A stretch of DNA of 64,000 nt, taken from contig JANHCV010000009.1 of assembly GCA_025594325.1 (NCBI GenBank), forward strand, positions 1,612,001 to 1,676,000, read 5' to 3'. Shown here piece after piece: positions 58,139-64,000 of the stretch (position 1 is the first letter of the stretch; every line of letters starts with the position of its first letter). The stretch is from Blastocladiella emersonii ATCC 22665 (Eukaryota > Fungi > Blastocladiomycota). A program made the translations under genes and the position numbers. Below the pieces are notes generated by a model that saw nothing but the letters and a program-made list of their open reading frames with translations, had not been told where the DNA came from and made no database searches.

Positions 58139-60454
58139 ATGGACCCGATCGCCATCATCCTGGCCCTCGGCCTCGCGCTCATGGCCCTCTTCTCGACCAT
58201 GCAGGGCGCCGCCGCCTTCGCCATCCCCGCCGTGTCCGCCACCGCTACCTCCGCTGCTGCCGCGCCCGTGTGCGCGTACCCGTCCGCCCTCTACCTCATC
58301 GCCGAGGTGTGCCCCCGCGCCTCTGCCCCGCTCGTGCCCTCGGCCTCGACAACCTCGACTACTACTCCCGGAAACGCCATCTTCGACTTCATCGCGACCA
58401 AGTTCGACTTCAACCTGTACCCCGCCGACTCGATCGACGGCACCTACGACAACTCGGCCGACTTCCCCGCGACCCGCACGGGCTGCGGCTTCATGGCCTT
58501 CCTCAGGCCCTCGATTGGTACGTCTCCACCCTCTACTCCCTCTCGTCGCGGAATCGCCCGTGGTCCCGGCTCTCCCCAAGCTCGCGGGTGGCGCGTCGCG
58601 CGCCGACGTGTGCTGCGAGACGCGTCGCTCAAAGCCGGGAGACGCGCCACGTGGGCCCGCTTTCACCTCCCTTCGCCGCCCCTCCCCTCGCTCGCTCTCT
58701 CTCTCGATGGCCATGAAACTCACACTCCATGGCCATGTATCGCAGACTACTACGCGCAACATGTGCGCACCACCGCCACCTCGACTGCCGCGGCCGCCGT
58801 GACCGCGGTCTCGTCGTCCTACGACTTTTTCGGCGCGACCTCGCTCGCCACCCTCGACTTCACCGACTTCCTCAACCCGACCGACTTCACCATCATCTCG
58901 TCCTGCGGCCCGCTCGCTCCACGCACCAACTACAACTACAACTACATCCCGTGCGCGTCGCGCGCCAGCCCCATGGGCATCGACTTTGCCAAGAACCAGA
59001 CGCTGCCGGTCGCCCTCAAGGTCGCGGCTACCGCAGCCACGCCTCGGGTCGCTACACCCGCACCCGTCTGCATCACCATGGGCGGTGGCAAGCTATGCAG
59101 CCCCGCCCTCCACGTCGCGACGACGCTGACCGCCGGCCACGCCGCGGCCGCCCTGTCCGACCTGTACTCGGCCCTCAAGGAGCCGACGCTCCGGCTCACC
59201 AAGACTCTCACCCCCCTACTCGACTACTCGTACCTCCGCGCTCTTTCCTCCATTATTGTAATCCCCAGCACCCTCCTCCCCACCGACTTTGTCGCCCTGA
59301 CTACCACCGGCCTCGTTGCCGTCGCTCGACTCGACTACCTCATCACCATCGTCGCCCTGACCATCGTCTTCGGCTTCGTCACCTCGCTCGCGCTGCGCCA
59401 CGCGCGGCCCACCTCCAAGATCGACTCGGGCGTCCACGACGACCTCGACGCGTGCGACTCGGACCTCCTCGATGGCCACGCCGCGTGCGACGCGTGTGAC
59501 TCGACCGTCGCCGACTCGGACGCCGAGACCCTCGTCGACGCGTGCCCCAACCACTCCACCAACCTCAAGTCAGACCTCGAGACCAACCGGACCGACGACG
59601 ACGACATGACCGTGTCGGGCAGCACCACCGCCACCACGTCCGACTCGACCTGCACCATCTCGCCCGCTTCGGTCCTCGAGCTGTCGGTCCTCGACATCGA
59701 CACCATCAAGTCGGTGACCGTGCCCGAGTCCGAGATCCTGGGACAGTTCCCGACCACGAAGGACACCCCTGCGCGCGACACCGTCTCGCGCCCCACTACC
59801 CCGACTGAGCTCGCCCCTGACGCGGGTCTCGCGCAGTCGATCGGCTCGGTGACGCCGACCATCCTGTCCAAGAACATCAACATCAACAACACCAAGCCGG
59901 TGGCGGCGGCGCTCGACGCCGAGGTCGCGCTGGCGACGGGCATCACGATCCCCGCGAGCGACCTCGCCTCGCGCCCCACCACCCCGACGGTCGGTCTCGA
60001 CATCGAGGCGTCTATGACCATGTCCAAGACCCTGCCCGACGGCTACGAGAGCGGCTACGAGACCGACGCCTCGTGCTCCGACAGCGACTCGTCGGACGAG
60101 GACCCGTTCGGCTTCGAGATCCGCGGCGCCGCCTCGATCGACCGGCTGTCGTGCTCGGCCCTGCTCTTCAACGGCACCTTCATGCCACCCTCGGTCTCCG
60201 CCGACGTGTTCGCCCCCGTCCTCGCCCTCGTCGAGCCGCTCGCGCCCGCGCACGAGGTCGCGCCCGCCCCGCCGTCCCGCGCCATCAATAAGTCCAAGAA
60301 GAAGTCGACGGCCGCCAAGAAGCCCGCCGCCGCCGCCACCGCGTACGCGTCGCCCTCGTCGTCGGACTCGGAGCTGGCTGCCGAGTACGTCTCCGTCAAC
60401 GCGGCTGACGTCGTCGACGAGATCCACGAACACCGTCCGACCCGTGAGAATTGA
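58139..60454 (+). CDS. Same orphan membrane protein, right-arm copy (intron 58518-58745)
   Basis: Mirror of 32,138-34,453. GTACGT donor at 58518 and CAG acceptor at 58745, phase 1 on both sides. Confidence 0.75.
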   Translation: MDPIAIILALGLALMALFSTMQGAAAFAIPAVSATATSAAAAPVCAYPSALYLIAEVCPRASAPLVPSASTTSTTTPGNAIFDFIATKFDFNLYPADSIDGTYDNSADFPATRTGCGFMAFLRPSIGTSPPSTPSRRGIARGPGSPQARGWRVARRRVLRDASLKAGRRATWARFHLPSPPLPSLALSLDGHETHTPWPCIADYYAQHVRTTATSTAAAAVTAVSSSYDFFGATSLATLDFTDFLNPTDFTIISSCGPLAPRTNYNYNYIPCASRASPMGIDFAKNQTLPVALKVAATAATPRVATPAPVCITMGGGKLCSPALHVATTLTAGHAAAALSDLYSALKEPTLRLTKTLTPLLDYSYLRALSSIIVIPSTLLPTDFVALTTTGLVAVARLDYLITIVALTIVFGFVTSLALRHARPTSKIDSGVHDDLDACDSDLLDGHAACDACDSTVADSDAETLVDACPNHSTNLKSDLETNRTDDDDMTVSGSTTATTSDSTCTISPASVLELSVLDIDTIKSVTVPESEILGQFPTTKDTPARDTVSRPTTPTELAPDAGLAQSIGSVTPTILSKNININNTKPVAAALDAEVALATGITIPASDLASRPTTPTVGLDIEASMTMSKTLPDGYESGYETDASCSDSDSSDEDPFGFEIRGAASIDRLSCSALLFNGTFMPPSVSADVFAPVLALVEPLAPAHEVAPAPPSRAINKSKKKSTAAKKPAAAATAYASPSSSDSELAAEYVSVNAADVVDEIHEHRPTREN

Positions 60455-61792
60455 TAACGCACCAGATGATGGTCGATGGCGTGCCCCCTCGCGCGTCAGG
60501 TCCTGGATGGAGCTCGAGGGCAAGCTGCGTCGACTGGCGCGCCTGTTGCCGGCCGCCGCGGATCGGCCAGAGGCCGACGGCCGGGTCGAGCGGGTCCTGG
60601 CCGAGCGCAGTGAGCCTGGACGACGCGGCCGCGGTCGTGGTCGCGGTCGTCGAGATGGCGGGCGTCGGCGCTGGCGCAGGCTTGATGGCCGACGCGCTCG
60701 AGCGGCGGCGCAGGGCTGGTTCTGGCTGCAGCTACGACGCGATGGGAACGGGTACGCACAGCGGGACGGGCGACGGGACCGATGCCGCCTCGGCGGTCGT
60801 GCCGGCGGCCGTCATGAGGGTGGCGGCGGGCTCGAGGTCAATGTGCGGCGACGGGGGCGGGTCGTCGGCAGGACGCGGCGCGGGCGACGACGGCAGGTTG
60901 GACTCGGTGCTCGTCCACAGCGGGCTCGAGTCGCCATGCTGCTGCTGGGGCTCGGCAAGCGACTACGTGAGACACACGACGACAGGTCAGTGATTTGCGT
61001 ACATCCCGCTCCCGACCGTCCGCAAACGCACCTTGCCGACCATCGGCTCCGGGCTGAGCGGCCTCGACATGATGGGGCTGATCAGCTTGCCGCTGTCGCC
61101 GTAACCGTACTCGCCGCGCTCAACCTGCTGCGCGGCGTCGAGGAACGGGTCGATGGACGGCGGTGGGGTGTGCGCGTGCTCGCGCTGGTCGTCGACAGTC
61201 GGCGAGCGCGAGCCCGAGTACGTGTCGTCGGTGCCGGTACCCGACTCTTCCGTTGTGAGCCGCGACCGCGCGCCAGTTGCGCTCGAGGAACGGGTCGACG
61301 AGCGGTGGCAGGCTCGGGTTCGGACCGCGAGCTCGCTGCTGGCGTTCGGCCGTCCTGATGGTGCACTCGCGCCGCGCGAGCCGTCCCTCGGCGTCGGGGA
61401 CCCTTTGGCGGCACCAATGGGGTGCCGGGCCAAGATGTGCTGCGCCGTTTTTGCTGTGGACCGACCGACCAGTCCAGAATCCCGTCGCGCGTGCCCCATA
61501 CGTGCGCGTGGTCACGGCGGTACCCAGCGACGACAAGGTCGTCCCGCCACGCGAGCTCGGTCGGGATCTCGGCGTGGTTCGGGATCCACCACAGCAGCGA
61601 CCCGTCGGACGGCCGCACCACGCCAATCGAGTTGTCCTCGGCCAGCGTAATGAGCGCGTCCGGCAATGGCGTTCTAGATGGCCAAGTGATCCAGCCAGCA
61701 GCTCCCCTTGGGCGATCGGTCCACGGCCGCATGATCCAGCTCGCCCGTCAGCGGGTGCGCCTCGACCAGCGCCCGGTACTCGGCGATTTTAC
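60455..61792 (-). pseudogene. WDR7: WDR7-like central fragment, right-arm copy
   Basis: Mirror of 30,800-32,137 with the same lesions. Confidence 0.6.
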
Positions 61793-64000
61793 ACGACTTC
61801 GTCGACCGAGTTGGTGTTGGCAGGTCAGCGTCTCGCGGAGACGCAGTTCGTGCAATAATCAACACTGACCGAGCATGACGAAACACGTAATGCACCGCGC
61901 ACAAACCGCTGGCCCACCGCGCAGCGGGTCCCCGCCGACCAGTGGCGCGATGCTGCTCAGGACTAGGACGAGGTTGAGCATAGTGCGCTCGAAGATAAGA
62001 TTGCAGCAAGTTACGGTGGGTCAAGGGACCGATTCATGGAGAGTTGGTGGCGGGTGGGGGGTCGGGCGAGAGACCGAACGGACAACATGTCGTCCTTCGC
62101 CGCCATCGCTTAATCGTTTTGATGTTGTCGGCGGTCCCCCTCCAAGATCGTCGATGACGGCGGCGCAAAGGAGAAAAATGTCTCCAAGTGTCTCCAAAAC
62201 GCGTGCCCGGAAAATTGGGAAATTGTCTCGCGCACGCTCACGTGACGGTGCGACGCGTCGTCGTCCCGCGTGTCTCCCTCCCTCCCTCCCCTCGTTCCGC
62301 CGCGGAACTCGAAACACCGCGAAACAAGGAGGCGAGTGTGACCAGCGACCTTCGCTCCTTCTTGCGCGTCGAATCAAGCCATGAATGACACTGACTGCAT
62401 CGCGCTCACGGAGAGCTCACGGAGTGCACGTCGTGTGGGCCTCAGTCTCCTCCCTATGCATCAATCTCATCTTGCGACGCGACGCGACGCGACGGGCAGG
62501 GCCTCGGCCGGCAGCCCGGATCCAGTGCCACCACGAGTGCGCCGCCGCACACCAGGTACGCAGCCGTCGTTGTGGCTCGGATCTGCCTCGCCTTGGCGCT
62601 AACGTCGGGTCACCGCGCGTGTGTAGGCGCGTCGGTCCGGTCCGGTGCTTAAGAAGTACCTACCAGCTACGTCAAGTCCAGCAGCTCGGCGATCGTGATC
62701 CAGCTGTCGTCGTACCTCGCGCCTACCCGAGCTACGGCTTCGCCAACACGCTGTTCCGCGTCATGGGCACGCTTCTCGGCACGCACGCTCGTCAACAACG
62801 TCGAGAACGGGCCGCTCGGGTAGCGCCTCGTACCAGCAACACGTCCCATGGAGCCGCCTTTACCGCAACCGCGACCGGGCGCCGCGATGTGTCGCACGAT
62901 CTGGCCGAGTTCACGTCGTGCTGCGTGGCGGGGCGGGTCCGGCCATCAACGCATCGCGCCTACGCGCCAAGGTACCTCATCTCATGATCCCGCCACGGAG
63001 TGAGCTCGCGGCTCACGAATTGCATGCATGTGAAGATTCTCCGCGGGTGTCGATCCACAAGTTCGACTGATGGTGCCCATGGTCGAGCTCGTGCTGCTGA
63101 CCCGCCGTCGACTCGGTCGCACGTTCCGCCGCGGCAGCCGCGTGGCACGGCTCGACTTGCTCGAGTCGGCACCAAGTACGGCTACGTCGAGCTCGGCGGT
63201 GCGCCAATACGACAGGTACGGCGACGTCACGGCCGAGACACGTGCCGCTGATCTCGCTCTGACCTCATGCTCCCGGTCGTGTAGGCGGATCGGGCTCGCG
63301 CTCTCAACGGCCATCATCAAGGCTAGCCAGCCGTCGAAGCCGATCTGTCGTCGCATGCCGTTTCGGCATCGACTCCAACGCGCTCGTTCTCGGCTCGCGG
63401 CGCGGCGCGGCGCGGATCAAGTTGCTCACCAAGTTTGTCCAAACAACAGCAGCAGGCCGATTATGCGTCGCACAACTTCCCGGTCAAGTGCTAGTACTCG
63501 AGGGCGCCGCGCGTGCTCACGCTCTCGACGAGACGCGCTGCTCAAGCTCGGCGGGTTTATCTCATCGGCGACGGCAGTATCAACAAGGGTGCGCTCATGG
63601 CCATAGCGCGGACATTCAGAAGCCACCGACCACTCACTCGCGCGCCGACTGTAGAGGGATCGGTACTCGACGACTCGCGCGTCAGCATCATCAGCTCATG
63701 GTCAGCGTTACACTCTTCATCGACATGAAGGCCCTCGCGGCCGCGACGGCCGCCGTGCCCAAACCGTCGCTCGAGCACTCGTCGTGGGTACGCTCGCACG
63801 CCCGAGTCCAGTAACGCGTCGCCCGCCGCGACCGCCCGTGCTCGCTCTCCCTCGTGTAGATGCCCCTCCCCCGGTGCGGGCCTAGTACCCTCCTGGCCTA
63901 GTTCTCTCCCTCGGCACGCCCTTTGCGGCACGAGCCCTCGCCGTAAGCAAAGCGTAAGCACCGCCCACACCTCCCCCTTCATGCGCTCGTTCGCCCCAAC

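Larger units (their letters stand above)
49278..64000 (-). repeat. Right arm of giant inverted repeat (runs off the window end)
   Basis: Reverse complement of 28,592-43,314. The only differences I found are 43290/49302 and 43303/49289. Confidence 0.98.

Noticed and set aside
28592-64000. Arms as terminal inverted repeats of a DNA transposon, Polinton or virus
   Set aside because: The spacer has no transposase, integrase, polymerase or capsid gene that I recognise, and the arms contain intron-bearing host gene remnants. The outer ends and any TSD cannot be seen, so this is unsupported rather than excluded.
1-64000. rRNA, tRNA, CRISPR array, telomeric repeats, LTR pairs
   Set aside because: None seen on reading. 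Short tRNAs could be missed without tRNAscan-SE.

Overview
GC-rich eukaryotic DNA with short GT-AG introns (mostly 60-77 nt, GTACG donors, CT(A/G)AC-like branch sites). Gene content and style suggest an early-diverging zoosporic fungus (Blastocladiomycota, Allomyces-like); this is inference. Bases 1-25,000 hold ordinary genes: a damaged DUF4470 gene, an F-box/LRR-like gene, a GH46 chitosanase, a P5B ATPase (YPK9-like), DUF4246, an ABCC transporter and a GNAT acetyltransferase. From about 25.6 kb the window is mostly decayed genes. The dominant structure is a giant, near-perfect inverted repeat: 28,592-43,314 mirrors 49,278-64,000 (position x pairs with 92,592-x). Each arm is at least 14,723 bp, the spacer is 5,963 bp, and the outer ends lie beyond what the window shows. 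Each arm carries two apparently intact orphan genes (a Thr/Ala-rich membrane protein and a 427-aa protein), a WDR7-like pseudogene in two pieces, and other frameshifted remnants. The spacer carries a diverged third member of the membrane-protein family and an internally deleted Cch1-like calcium-channel pseudogene cut at the arm boundary. I found no rRNA, tRNA, CRISPR array or recognisable transposase/integrase. All family assignments come from motif recognition by eye, and arm identity rests on mirrored ORF translations and spot checks, not a full alignment.
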